A stretch of 64,000 nucleotides of DNA from Chloroflexia bacterium (GCA_043427975.1 JBHWTK010000033.1:77502-141501); one strand, 5' to 3'. Counted from the stretch's first letter, positions 9,668-18,624 are shown. The notes: generated from the letters alone by a model not told the origin. Numbers and translations are program-made.

Positions 9668-10476
9668 GCCAGCCAGCGGATAGCGCGCCGCACAACGACG
9701 GGAGTCATGAGGGCGGATGTGATGATCGATGCCGCCAGAGCGAGATTGTGATGTGATTCCGTCCCGGCGCCAGTAGACGGCAATGCACTCACAACCGGGA
9801 CCGCAGGTGCAGGCGGCACGCCGTCCGTTGATCCAGATACGTTCACCACTGAAGGTGGCGCGCCGGAAGCGGGAATCGTCGACGCCGGAGAGGCCTGTGG
9901 CTCGCTCACAGGCGGTACAGGCGGGGTCGGGGAGGCTTGCGGAGAAGGCGGCATATTACCGGGAATGGAAGCGTCAAATGGGGCCGGGTCATCGACGTCA
10001 ATCACGCCGTCGTTGTCGTCATCCAGATCGAGGTCATCGGCCATGCCATCGCCATCGATATCGGAACCGTGAGTTCCTGGCTCGGGCTCTAGGGGCGCGG
10101 AGGTGCCGGGCACCGCCGGGTTGTATGGATCTGGATCTTCGTCATCCATCACCGTGTCGCCGTCGGCGTCGAGATCGAGGTCGTCAGCCAAACCGTCGCC
10201 ATCAATGTCGGAACCGTGAGATCCCGGCTCAGGCCTGGGAGGCCCAGAGGTGCCGGGCACCTCCCGGTTTAGAGGTTCAGGATCATTGATATCGGTCACG
10301 CCATCACCGTCGTCATCAGCATCAAATTCGTCCGGCTGGCCATCCCTGTCTGTGTCGACGGGGAGTGACATGGCGGGGAGCAACGGTGCGTAACCAACAG
10401 AGGCAGCAGCCAGGCCAGTCTGCAGGAGCAGCAGTGATACGACCACCGGCATCACGATAAGAACTCGCAGCTTCAT
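9664..10476 (-). CDS. LPXTG-anchored secreted protein with thrombospondin type 3-like Ca-binding repeats
   Basis: Signal peptide; DxDxDGxxD repeats (DTDRDGQPDE, DIDGDGLADDLDLDADGD, DIDGDGMADDLDLDDDNDG); ~49-aa internal tandem duplication; C-terminal LPSTG, then a hydrophobic stretch and an RRAIR tail. Confidence 0.75.
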   Translation of the reverse strand: MKLRVLIVMPVVVSLLLLQTGLAAASVGYAPLLPAMSLPVDTDRDGQPDEFDADDDGDGVTDINDPEPLNREVPGTSGPPRPEPGSHGSDIDGDGLADDLDLDADGDTVMDDEDPDPYNPAVPGTSAPLEPEPGTHGSDIDGDGMADDLDLDDDNDGVIDVDDPAPFDASIPGNMPPSPQASPTPPVPPVSEPQASPASTIPASGAPPSVVNVSGSTDGVPPAPAVPVVSALPSTGAGTESHHNLALAASIITSALMTPVVVRRAIRWLA

Positions 10477-10772
10477 CGGCGACTCCCTTGAAGATGATCG
10501 TATTACATCCGTTTATGGTCCAACTGGTTGCAACATAATAAGAATCCAGACACATGTCAACGACTCCAGAACCCGTTGTGGCTATTTCGGACATTTAAGC
10601 CGTACGTACAGAGTCCGATCTGAACGGATGCCCCTCGTACCTTCAGCGGCGATTGATATGACGCCGCATTGTTCGACCGGCGGAACAACTTCTGCGAAGG
10701 GGATTCCAGCCGGGATCAGGATGCTCACGTCCGATTTCGCGGCAGCCGCTATGTTCGCAAAGGAGTCCCCAC

Positions 10773-11564
10773 ATGTCTGTGATTTCATCACATCAACGCA
10801 TAGCTGATGACGTGGTTCACGTCCGCTACCTGTTTACCAATGTCTATCTGGTCGGAGGTCCCGATGGGTGGGTGCTCGTCGACGCTGCGATGAAGGGCGC
10901 AGGAGACGATATCGCAAAGGCAGCAGAGCACTATTTTGGCGAGGGAACCCGGCCAGAGGCAATCGTTCTCACGCACGGGCACTTTGATCATGTTGGCGCG
11001 ATTGAGGAACTCCTCGATCGGTGGGACGTCCCGGTATGGGCGCACCAGCTGGAATTGCCACACCTCACTGGTCGGGAGGACTACATTGAACCGGATCCAA
11101 CAGTGGGCAAGGGGGCTATGGCGCTCCTCTCGTTCAGCTATCCCAATGCTGCGATTGACCTGGGTGCACGAGTACAGCCGTTGCCTGCCGATATGTCAGT
11201 TCCGCACCTTCCGGATTGGAAGTGGATCCATGTGCCTGGCCACACCAACGGGCAGGTGGCGTTGTTCCGTGAAAGCGACCGAACGCTGATTGCCGGTGAC
11301 GCGTTTGTGACCGTCGAGCAGGAATCCCTGTACAAGGTCGCTACGCAAAAAGAAGAAGTGCACGGCCCTCCCGCGTACTTCACTCCGGATTGGGAATCGG
11401 CACGGGAGTCAGTCCGCATCCTGGCGGAACTCTCGCCGGAAATTGGTGCCACCGGGCACGGCACTCCGATGCGTGGCGAGGCCCTGCGGGACGGGTTGCG
11501 ATCGCTGCTTGAGAATTTCGATGAAATCGCTATTCCGGATAGCGGCAAGTACGTGCCGGACTAA
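10773..11564 (+). CDS. MBL-fold metallo-hydrolase
   Basis: Metal-binding motif THGHFDHVGA; 263 aa. Confidence 0.85.
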   Translation: MSVISSHQRIADDVVHVRYLFTNVYLVGGPDGWVLVDAAMKGAGDDIAKAAEHYFGEGTRPEAIVLTHGHFDHVGAIEELLDRWDVPVWAHQLELPHLTGREDYIEPDPTVGKGAMALLSFSYPNAAIDLGARVQPLPADMSVPHLPDWKWIHVPGHTNGQVALFRESDRTLIAGDAFVTVEQESLYKVATQKEEVHGPPAYFTPDWESARESVRILAELSPEIGATGHGTPMRGEALRDGLRSLLENFDEIAIPDSGKYVPD

Positions 11565-11645
11565 CACGCACGGTCTCGTTGCCCGAAAACGACGAACCGG
11601 CCAGGCGAAGAGCCTGGCCGGATTGCTGTACCTGATGGTTCCAGT

Positions 11646-11690
11646 GGGGTGCCTAACGGGTTTCGAACCCGTAACCTCTTGTTCCACAGA
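11646..11690. repeat. attL: 45-bp direct repeat, a displaced 3' fragment of tRNA-His (anticodon loop to 3' end, with CCA)
   Basis: ggggtgcctaacgggtttcgaacccgtaacctcttgttccacaga is identical to 25988-26032; there is no 5' half of a tRNA here. Confidence 0.9.
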
Positions 11691-11818
11691 AAAGACTTGG
11701 TGCTAAGTTGCGTATGGGGCAGTTCGGCCCGGTTTGCGAAAAAGCCCATAAAATCCACGAAAACGGCTCATACTTTGTGGCAGAGTTTGGTAAAATAAGG
11801 GTTAGACGGGCGGAGTGT

Positions 11819-11850
11819 TCACGCCGCCATCACGCCGCCATCACGCCGCC
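11819..11850 (+). repeat. 3 x TCACGCCGCC at 11-bp spacing (candidate integrase arm-type sites, left arm)
   Basis: Copies at 11819-11828, 11830-11839 and 11841-11850; the same decamer recurs three times at 25883-25922. Confidence 0.6.
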
Positions 11851-11872
11851 GAGCACTGAGGGAACGTTCCAC

Positions 11873-13153
11873 ATGGCCGTAACACCACGCTACCGAATGG
11901 TGAAGAACCCGGAGACGGGCAAGAAGGAACCGGTGTACGCGAAGAAGAAGGGCGGTGGCATCCGGCTGGATAGCGAGGGCAAGCCGATACGCGAGGTTGT
12001 CAGCTGGAAGGTGGAAGTATGGGGTGTTGATGCCAGTGGTATGCGGCGGCGCAAGGTGGTAGGCAGCTACACCTACAAGGACGATGCCAAGCGAGCGGAG
12101 CGGGATGCGCTGCGAGCGATTGAGACGGGCGTGTTCGAGTGGGAGGAACGAAAGCCGGAGCCGGAGACGATCATTCCAAGCGTGCGCGAGGCGTGCGAGA
12201 CATGGATACGGCTAAAGGCGCTGAAGATAGAGCAAAACACGGTGAGCTCCTATGAGGGCGTATTGAAGAACCATATTGGCCCGGTGTTCGGAGACGAACA
12301 TGTGACGACCGTGACGCACGAGATGGTGCAGAGATGGGTTCTCGACATGCAAGAGGCCGGCAGGCATGCGCAGACAATCAGCCGTTCGCTGGTGGTGTTG
12401 AGTGGTGCGCTAGACCGGCAAGTACGCAGTGGCCTGCTAAGCGCAAACCCGGCGCTGGGCGTTGAGAAGCCGAGTGTCAACAAGGGCAAGAAAGACGTGG
12501 CACAGTGGAGCGCCGAACAGGTAGCAGCGTTCTTTGAGGCCGCCAGCGCTCACGACTATGCACCGGCGTTCTGGTTAGGTGAGCTGGAAGGCATGCGCCG
12601 GGCGGAAATCCTGGGCTTGCGTTGGAGCGATATACGCGGGCTGGATACGGACGGCGGCCCAGTGGTGGCGAGCATTGCGCAGACGTGCGTTGCCGACCAA
12701 CGCAACGGCGGCCGGGCGTTGCTGCAACCGAAGGCCAAAACCCGCAGTTCGGAGCGGGCGATTCTGCTCACACAGCCAACGGTAGAGGCGTTGCGACGAC
12801 ACCGCGATAAGCAGGCGTTCATCCGTAAGCAGGCGGGCGATGCGTGGCAGGCGCATGACCTGGTGATCTGTAACGAACTGGGCGAGCCGATACGGCCAGC
12901 GTGGTTCACGATCTGTACAAAGCGGATGGTGAAGGAAGCCGGGCTGCCAGAACTGACACCGCATGCGCTCCGACACCATGCGCTTACCCGGCTGCTGAGG
13001 CAGGGTGTAAGCCCGGCCTTGGCAGCACAGAAGGCTGGGCACAGCGATGTTGGGCTGGTGTATCGGAGCTATGGGCACTTGGTTCAGAGCGACCAGAGCG
13101 CGGCAAATGCGGCCATTGAACGCGAGCTAGCGACCGGTACAGGCCAGAGTTGA
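11873..13153 (+). CDS. int: tyrosine-type site-specific integrase
   Basis: C-terminal catalytic blocks HALRHHALT and GHSDVGLVYRSYGHL; basic N-terminal arm-binding-like domain; start set at ATG 11873 (MAVTPRYRMV) rather than 11708. Confidence 0.9.
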   Translation: MAVTPRYRMVKNPETGKKEPVYAKKKGGGIRLDSEGKPIREVVSWKVEVWGVDASGMRRRKVVGSYTYKDDAKRAERDALRAIETGVFEWEERKPEPETIIPSVREACETWIRLKALKIEQNTVSSYEGVLKNHIGPVFGDEHVTTVTHEMVQRWVLDMQEAGRHAQTISRSLVVLSGALDRQVRSGLLSANPALGVEKPSVNKGKKDVAQWSAEQVAAFFEAASAHDYAPAFWLGELEGMRRAEILGLRWSDIRGLDTDGGPVVASIAQTCVADQRNGGRALLQPKAKTRSSERAILLTQPTVEALRRHRDKQAFIRKQAGDAWQAHDLVICNELGEPIRPAWFTICTKRMVKEAGLPELTPHALRHHALTRLLRQGVSPALAAQKAGHSDVGLVYRSYGHLVQSDQSAANAAIERELATGTGQS

Positions 13154-13237
13154 CAGAATCCATGATGGCGGGTTAGGATGCGTTTACCGAACGGGAGGTT
13201 CGGCGAAAACGAATTTTGGCACATGGGTGCACCGCAA

Positions 13238-13300
13238 AGGCGGGCGACTTGTGAGGATGAACCGGATATTCCGGCCTCGCAGTCGCCCGCCTCTTTCGTT
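13238..13300 (+). terminator. long hairpin terminator between int and xis
   Basis: 12-bp arms aggcgggcgact (13238-13249) and agtcgcccgcct (13281-13292) enclosing the palindrome ccggatattccgg, followed by ctctttcgttttcg. Confidence 0.55.
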
Positions 13301-13342
13301 TTCGAGATTTGATCGGCGTAAGCCGGAAGGGAGGATATTCAG

Positions 13343-13582
13343 GTGGTTACTGCACGACGGAAGCCCGGCGCGGCAAGCCCGTTGGTTGACGCTAACGAAA
13401 TGGCGCAGGCGCTCGGAATCAGCAAATGGAGCGTTTACGAGGGCGCGAAAGCCGACACTCTGCCGATTCCGACGCTCAGAATCGGCAAGCGGTCGTACAG
13501 GTGGTCCCGTGCGCAGCTCGAAAAGCTGCTCGCAGGTGAGCTGGAGCCACGTGATGCTGGCGGTGGCGGAGATGATCGGTAA
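13343..13582 (+). CDS. excisionase/AlpA-like helix-turn-helix DNA-binding protein
   Basis: 79 aa; MAQALGISKWSVYEGAKADTLPIPTLRIGKRSYRWSRAQLEKLL resembles the excisionase-family HTH; GTG start with a GGGAGGA RBS. Confidence 0.7.
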   Translation: MVTARRKPGAASPLVDANEMAQALGISKWSVYEGAKADTLPIPTLRIGKRSYRWSRAQLEKLLAGELEPRDAGGGGDDR

Positions 13583-13671
13583 CGCGAAGTTTGGGGCCTG
13601 GAAAAGCCCGGCACTCTCTCCAGACGGCCGGGCTTATCCAAGACATGAAGCGCTTACCCGTGAAGCGATAG

Positions 13672-15024
13672 GTGAAGCACATGGACACTGTAGCACACGA
13701 CAACACGAACGAAATACGCTTTCCGCGTGCCTACGTTCATCATGCGCTGGAGGGCAATTTGCTTGACGCCGGGTTGTCGCTGGTTGCCAGCCCGCAGGGC
13801 TTCCGGGCATTGTGGACGAATGCGGATACCAAACAGCCCATAACGTCCGGTGGTGTGGCAGATGCCACCCGATATGGCTCGGAGTTATACGCCATGCACG
13901 AAGTCATACCGGAGCACATCGAACCAGCGTTGGCAATGGTGACACCGAGCGGCGCTGCCGTCGTGGACTGGGACGCTGACAAAGGGCCGCGCCCGCTTGG
14001 CTTGCCCACGGGCCGCAGTTCAATAGGGCCGTACGAGACTACGCGGGGCGGAGCGCACTGGTTTACCGCGCTGCCAGCGCAAGTGGACCTCGTTTCCAGC
14101 CACGATTCTGGAGAACTCAGAGCTGGGCCGAACAGCTACACGATCGTCTGTCCGTCTCCGGGGAAAGAGGCATGGCGGGCGGCTGGTGGCGCGTTCAACA
14201 TGCTGCCATGGCCGTTGCTGCCCGAAGACGGTAGCCTGTGGCTGAATTACTTACGTGCAGGTGTTCGTCGGGAACACATGGCGGAGATCATCGCCCGCGA
14301 CATTACGCAAGCGGACCGCAGGCAGGCGGATACGATCACAACGAACCTGCTGAAGGGCCGGTTCGGCAGCACCGTCACAGCGATTCTCAGAGGCGAGATC
14401 GAAGACCGTTATCCGAGCCGGAGCGAAGCCGACTTCGCGCTGCTATTCATGGCAACGCACTTCGATGCTTCCGAAGGCTGCCTTGCCGAACTGCTGTTTC
14501 GTCATTCACGAAAACTCCGTGACAAGCATACGGCCGCTTCGCAATCGTCATACATATCCAGCACCGTTTCCGCTGCCCTTGCCACCCGTTCACTCACCGA
14601 CTACACCCGGCTCGCGAACATTGCCCAGATTCTCCATTTCTCCACCTTGCCCTTTTCCATTCCCCACCCCACACCACCACATAGCCGCAAGGTGTGTATG
14701 TTGCCAGAAAACGGAATATGGGTGGTTGGAGGAATGGCGGAGAGACGGAAAAAGGAGCGCGGAGAAATGCTGGCCGCAAGCATTCTGGAATGGGCTGGCA
14801 GGTATGGAGCTGGTGACGGTTACGACTGGACTGACGGCTGGAGGCGATTGCCGGTTGAGGACATGGGCGCGATTCATGGATACGGTCGAGAGGGCGTGAG
14901 GACGAAGGTTCTAGCGCTCATTGATGCTGGATTCATCGAACGCAGGCTGCATGTTGCGAAGTGCGACAAGGGACACGACCGGCGCACAACGTTGATTCGA
15001 TTAACAAAGGGAGCACAGAGATGA
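13672..15024 (+). CDS. putative replication protein with prim-pol (bifunctional primase/polymerase)-like N-terminal domain
   Basis: Order of blocks KQPITSGG...AAVVDWDADKG...TTRGGAHWFTALP...YTIVCPS matches the prim-pol pattern (DxD metal site, sGGxHxyF, PpS); C-terminal half unassigned. Confidence 0.55.
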   Translation: MKHMDTVAHDNTNEIRFPRAYVHHALEGNLLDAGLSLVASPQGFRALWTNADTKQPITSGGVADATRYGSELYAMHEVIPEHIEPALAMVTPSGAAVVDWDADKGPRPLGLPTGRSSIGPYETTRGGAHWFTALPAQVDLVSSHDSGELRAGPNSYTIVCPSPGKEAWRAAGGAFNMLPWPLLPEDGSLWLNYLRAGVRREHMAEIIARDITQADRRQADTITTNLLKGRFGSTVTAILRGEIEDRYPSRSEADFALLFMATHFDASEGCLAELLFRHSRKLRDKHTAASQSSYISSTVSAALATRSLTDYTRLANIAQILHFSTLPFSIPHPTPPHSRKVCMLPENGIWVVGGMAERRKKERGEMLAASILEWAGRYGAGDGYDWTDGWRRLPVEDMGAIHGYGREGVRTKVLALIDAGFIERRLHVAKCDKGHDRRTTLIRLTKGAQR

Positions 15025-15509
15025 GCAGCGAGGGACTGAGGCCACTGATCGCATATTTCGACCTGACACAAGGGCCGCTTAGTTTGCAGCAGGCAATGAA
15101 CGCGCTAGGCGTTCAGAATCCGCGCAAGCTGCGCTACGCACAGTTGGAGGGCCGGGACACGTTGATTCACGACCCGAAAACAATGTCTCACAGTGCGCGA
15201 AGGCGCTACAGACGAGCATCTGGTGAAGATGCCTGGAAGGTGCTACAGGCGCTGGTTGAGGTTTCGGTACCCATTGGGCCGATGGTTGAAGCGATGTCTC
15301 ACGAAGCGAAAAGAGGCGCTGAGATGCTGGCAGCGTTGGCAGCTGACGACCCACGGGTATTGAAGTACATGCAAGTTGACGGCGGAGGAATGCTGGTACG
15401 TGACCCGTCCGCATTCACCGACGAAGAGCTACATGAGTATCTGGACATATTCGGTCCCGATCATCTGGAGGCAGTCAAGGCCAGTATCACAAAGCACTTC
15501 GGCGACTAG
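15021..15509 (+). CDS. hypothetical protein (island)
   Basis: ATG at 15021 overlaps the previous stop (ATGA coupling); no recognisable motif. Confidence 0.5.
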   Translation: MSSEGLRPLIAYFDLTQGPLSLQQAMNALGVQNPRKLRYAQLEGRDTLIHDPKTMSHSARRRYRRASGEDAWKVLQALVEVSVPIGPMVEAMSHEAKRGAEMLAALAADDPRVLKYMQVDGGGMLVRDPSAFTDEELHEYLDIFGPDHLEAVKASITKHFGD

Positions 15510-15540
15510 AGCGGCATAGCCCGCAAGGAGGAACACCATC

Positions 15541-16077
15541 ATGGCACAGCGAACAGGGTGTGACCGGCCTATTGGTAGCGCGGCAATGGACGGCGAACCG
15601 GGCACCGGGATAGCAGCGCTGGAACAGCGAACACGAACAACGCTGGAAGAGCTGCACACGGCACGAGATGCATATAGCGAGGCTATTGAGGCGCACGCTG
15701 CAAGCGAACGGATGCTACTGCGAGCGCGGCGCGAAGCGCTGGAAGCTGACGCAGCGGCGGCGCTGGGGTTGGAGCGCTCTCAACTGGAGACCGCGATTAG
15801 CGCGGCGGCGCAAGCATCGCGTGCTCAGACCGGCGTTGTCGTGGCTGACGGCATAAACGGAGCCTGGCCGAAATGGCTAGCTCCAAAGATGCAGGAGGCG
15901 GCCGCGCAATGCGGGCCGGATGAAATACCGGGCGTGCTTTTGGTTCGTGGCCTAAGTGGCAGCACGCGGGAAGCGGACCCTGCAACAGCGCTTGTGCTTG
16001 ATACAACGGGCCGGGTGTCGCGGCCTCTATCCGGGCTTACAGCGAGCGAACTGGCACGTCGAAGGAGCAGCCGGTAA
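15541..16077 (+). CDS. hypothetical protein (island), Ala-rich helical
   Basis: 178-aa ORF co-directional with its neighbours; no recognisable motif. Confidence 0.45.
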   Translation: MAQRTGCDRPIGSAAMDGEPGTGIAALEQRTRTTLEELHTARDAYSEAIEAHAASERMLLRARREALEADAAAALGLERSQLETAISAAAQASRAQTGVVVADGINGAWPKWLAPKMQEAAAQCGPDEIPGVLLVRGLSGSTREADPATALVLDTTGRVSRPLSGLTASELARRRSSR

Positions 16078-16099
16078 CGGATGCGGAGAGGATCTTAAG

Positions 16100-16591
16100 A
16101 TGCCACCTTGCACGGTTTGTACACATCCAAAACGGCTACACATTGATCGGGCGCTAGTTACCGATGGTGCAACCGTGCGAGACACAGCGCGTAAGTTTGA
16201 CGTGACCGTTTCCGCACTTGGCAGGCACCGCAAGAACCATTTGGCACCGGCGCTCGCAAAGCATGAAGAGCATTTCGATTTGGCGACAGCTCAAGGTATC
16301 GGCAACCAGCTTGCCACCATTCACGCGGAGGCAACGCGGTTGCTGCACGAGGCCCGCGAGGACGGAAACCGGCGCGATCAGCTATCAGCACTCGCACGGC
16401 TGGAGCGGCAGATCGAGTTAGCTGCAAAGCTCGCAAGCCTGATTCAAGACGGCCAGAGAGTAGCCGTGTCGGTGCAACTTGATACCGGCTGGCCGCTGGT
16501 TCGGAGCGCGATTCTCGAAACCCTGGCTAACCATCCGGCGGCATTGCAGGCGGTGAGCGAACGATTGGCGGCGCTGGAGCAACCAACATGA
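16100..16591 (+). CDS. putative terminase small subunit (CxxC plus HTH N-terminus)
   Basis: MPPCTVCTHPKRLHIDRALVTDGATVRDTARKFDVTVSALGRHRKNH; stop overlaps the start of the terminase ATPase ORF (ATGA). The call is based on position plus the HTH. Confidence 0.5.
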   Translation: MPPCTVCTHPKRLHIDRALVTDGATVRDTARKFDVTVSALGRHRKNHLAPALAKHEEHFDLATAQGIGNQLATIHAEATRLLHEAREDGNRRDQLSALARLERQIELAAKLASLIQDGQRVAVSVQLDTGWPLVRSAILETLANHPAALQAVSERLAALEQPT

Positions 16592-17346
16592 ACGCGGTCG
16601 CTGACCTTGCCAAGGATTTGCGCCTGCGGTTGGATGCGAACGCGCTGGCCGAGCACTGCGGCTACGATCTGGACCCGTGGCAACGGGAGCTGGTGCAAAG
16701 CCCGGCAAAGCAAGTGCTGATAGCGGCAGCGCGGCAGGTTAGCAAGACGTTAGCTTGCAGCATCGTTGCAGCGTTTGAAGCATTGCGCTTGCCAGACGGT
16801 TTGATCGTGGTTGTATCGCCTAGCCAACGCCAAAGCACAGAGCTATTCCGGCAGGTTGTGGAGTTGCTACGTAAGGCAAAGCTGGAATCAATCACGGCTG
16901 AAAGCTCCATGCGGTGCGAGTTGGCAAACGGCTCGCGTGTGGTAGCACTGCCGGGCAGCTCGCAAACCATTCGCGGACTAAGCGGGGCGCGGGCGATCAT
17001 CGTTGACGAAAGCGCATTCGTGCCGGACGAACTGTACGCGGCGGTGCTGCCTATGGCGGCCACAAGTGACGGGCGCTTGATTCTGGCATCGTCACCGGCT
17101 GGCACGGTGGGCTACTTCGCTAGGCAGTGGCGGGATGGTGGCGAGACGTGGCAGCGGGTGAAAGTGCGAGCTGACCAATGCAGCCGGATTAGCCCAGAGT
17201 TCCTTGCACGGCAGCGGTTGATGCTGACCGCACAGCAATATGCAGCCGAGTTTGAAGCGGAATTTGTCGAGGGTGCGGGCGCGGTGTTCCGGGCCGATGA
17301 TCTGGCACGACTGCATGAAGAGCCGGTAGCGGCATGGGAGGTTTGA
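16588..17346 (+). CDS. terminase large subunit, ATPase domain only (N-terminal half)
   Basis: Deviant Walker A AARQVSKT, Walker B AIIVDES, PWQRE block typical of TerL N-termini; ends after about 250 aa. Confidence 0.65.
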   Translation: MNAVADLAKDLRLRLDANALAEHCGYDLDPWQRELVQSPAKQVLIAAARQVSKTLACSIVAAFEALRLPDGLIVVVSPSQRQSTELFRQVVELLRKAKLESITAESSMRCELANGSRVVALPGSSQTIRGLSGARAIIVDESAFVPDELYAAVLPMAATSDGRLILASSPAGTVGYFARQWRDGGETWQRVKVRADQCSRISPEFLARQRLMLTAQQYAAEFEAEFVEGAGAVFRADDLARLHEEPVAAWEV

Positions 17347-17348
17347 GC

Positions 17349-18116
17349 ATGGACACAAAGCGACGATACACCGGAGAGAATGGCAATTACGCAACGAACG
17401 TAGACCGCGATAGTGGAGCCTATGCGGGTGCAAGGCACCGTGTGAAGGGCTTTGAACCGGACGTGCCAACCGGGCCGGAAAAACTGAACGTGCAGGTTGG
17501 CATTGACGCGGGCCAGATTGGAGACAGCACGGCGGTTTCAATCTCGGAGTGGACTGCCCGCAATGATGGTTTGCATTTCATGGTGCGGCGGCTGGAGCGG
17601 CTGCCGCTTGGGCTGCCATACCCTGCACAAGCTGACCGCATTGTTGAAATTCTGGAAGGGCTGCGGGCGATGTCTGCTAAGTGGGAAGCCGAAGGTACGG
17701 GGGTCATGGACATTCTCACGGTGCTAGACGTTACTGGCGTCGGGCGCGGCCTATTCGATCTGCTGACAGAACGCGGCGAAACGATAGTGCCCGTCACCAT
17801 CACCAGCACCGAACGGCTTACACAGCGCGATGATGCTGAATGGAGTTGCGGCAAGAGCGTGCTAGTGAGCAACCTGCTTATCGGCATTCAGCGCGGCGCG
17901 GTTCACCTGCCACAAGGCACAGAGGCAGAGGCGCTGCTATCGGAGCTGCAAAGTTTCCGGCTGCAAGAGACGCCGAGCGGAAAGCTGACGTTCAACGCGA
18001 AGAGTGGTTCACATGACGATCTGATTACGGCCCTGGGATTATCGACACTGCCGGGGTTGCGGCCACCGGAGCCACCGGGCTTTTACGGCATGGCAGTTGT
18101 GAAAGGCGGCTGGTGA
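17349..18116 (+). CDS. terminase large subunit, RNase H-like nuclease domain only (C-terminal half)
   Basis: VGIDAGQIGDSTAV, VLDVTGVGRG and SGSHDDLITALGLS acidic blocks typical of the TerL nuclease; different frame from the ATPase ORF (alternative ATG at 17334 overlaps it by 13 nt). Confidence 0.6.
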   Translation: MDTKRRYTGENGNYATNVDRDSGAYAGARHRVKGFEPDVPTGPEKLNVQVGIDAGQIGDSTAVSISEWTARNDGLHFMVRRLERLPLGLPYPAQADRIVEILEGLRAMSAKWEAEGTGVMDILTVLDVTGVGRGLFDLLTERGETIVPVTITSTERLTQRDDAEWSCGKSVLVSNLLIGIQRGAVHLPQGTEAEALLSELQSFRLQETPSGKLTFNAKSGSHDDLITALGLSTLPGLRPPEPPGFYGMAVVKGGW

Positions 18117-18415
18117 TGCGCGACCAACAGGAGACACAATTTCGCTGGCCTGATGACGGCAACGCGGTGAACGTTACCCGTGATGCCCTGGCGAGCATTT
18201 CAATGCCGGAGATTGTCGACTACGTGCTGCCTGGCCTTTCCGGCAAGGCGGTGCTGGCCGCTTGGATGCTGGCAACCGGAGCGGACGCGAGCGCAGTACG
18301 GCGAACCCTGAACATCACACCGGAAACGCTACGAGCCTATTGCGGCTCGATTCTGGACGCGACGCAGGCACACAGTGGCGAAACGATCATCTTGCCAGTT
18401 GGAGGGAAACCATGA
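18113..18415 (+). CDS. hypothetical protein (island)
   Basis: 100-aa ORF; start overlaps the previous stop (GTGATG). Confidence 0.45.
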   Translation: MMRDQQETQFRWPDDGNAVNVTRDALASISMPEIVDYVLPGLSGKAVLAAWMLATGADASAVRRTLNITPETLRAYCGSILDATQAHSGETIILPVGGKP

Positions 18416-18624
18416 GCACACAGACCAAAGGCGAGCGGCTTGCCGAGATAGCCGAACGGTCGGAAGGCACAGCAACGCACGCGCTGGCAGAGATACGCAT
18501 ACTCCGGCCGGATGGTGGCTACGCGGCTAACGTGCATCGTGATCTTGTAGCGACATTAGAAACCCTGGAGCGGATGACTGACCAACTGCGTTATGCGCAA
18601 CAGCGTGATCGGGGTGCATTGTGA
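18412..18624 (+). CDS. hypothetical small protein (island)
   Basis: ATG at 18412 overlaps the upstream stop (ATGA); 70 aa. Confidence 0.4.
   Translation: MSTQTKGERLAEIAERSEGTATHALAEIRILRPDGGYAANVHRDLVATLETLERMTDQLRYAQQRDRGAL

Noticed and set aside
11646-11690. Possible additional tRNA gene on the minus strand
   Set aside because: Only the anticodon loop through the 3' end is present. The sequence upstream diverges and cannot form the D-arm or the 5' acceptor strand. It is the displaced half of tRNA-His (attL), not a gene.
11819-11850. Tandem 11-bp repeat as a mini CRISPR array or microsatellite
   Set aside because: There are only three 10-bp units with 1-bp spacers and no spacer-sized unique segments. 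The matching set on the opposite arm of the island fits integrase arm sites better. No CRISPR array was seen anywhere in the window.
13188-13206. GAAC-N5-GTTC (ccgaacgggaggttcgg) as an SOS box inside the island
   Set aside because: The spacing is 5 nt, not 4. The sequence is a simple 6-bp stem hairpin just after the int stop, which is more consistent with a weak terminator.
13227-13766. 179-aa plus-strand ORF across the int-xis intergenic region
   Set aside because: It reads through the large terminator hairpin and overlaps the excisionase-like ORF in another frame. It is Arg/Ser-rich with no motif.
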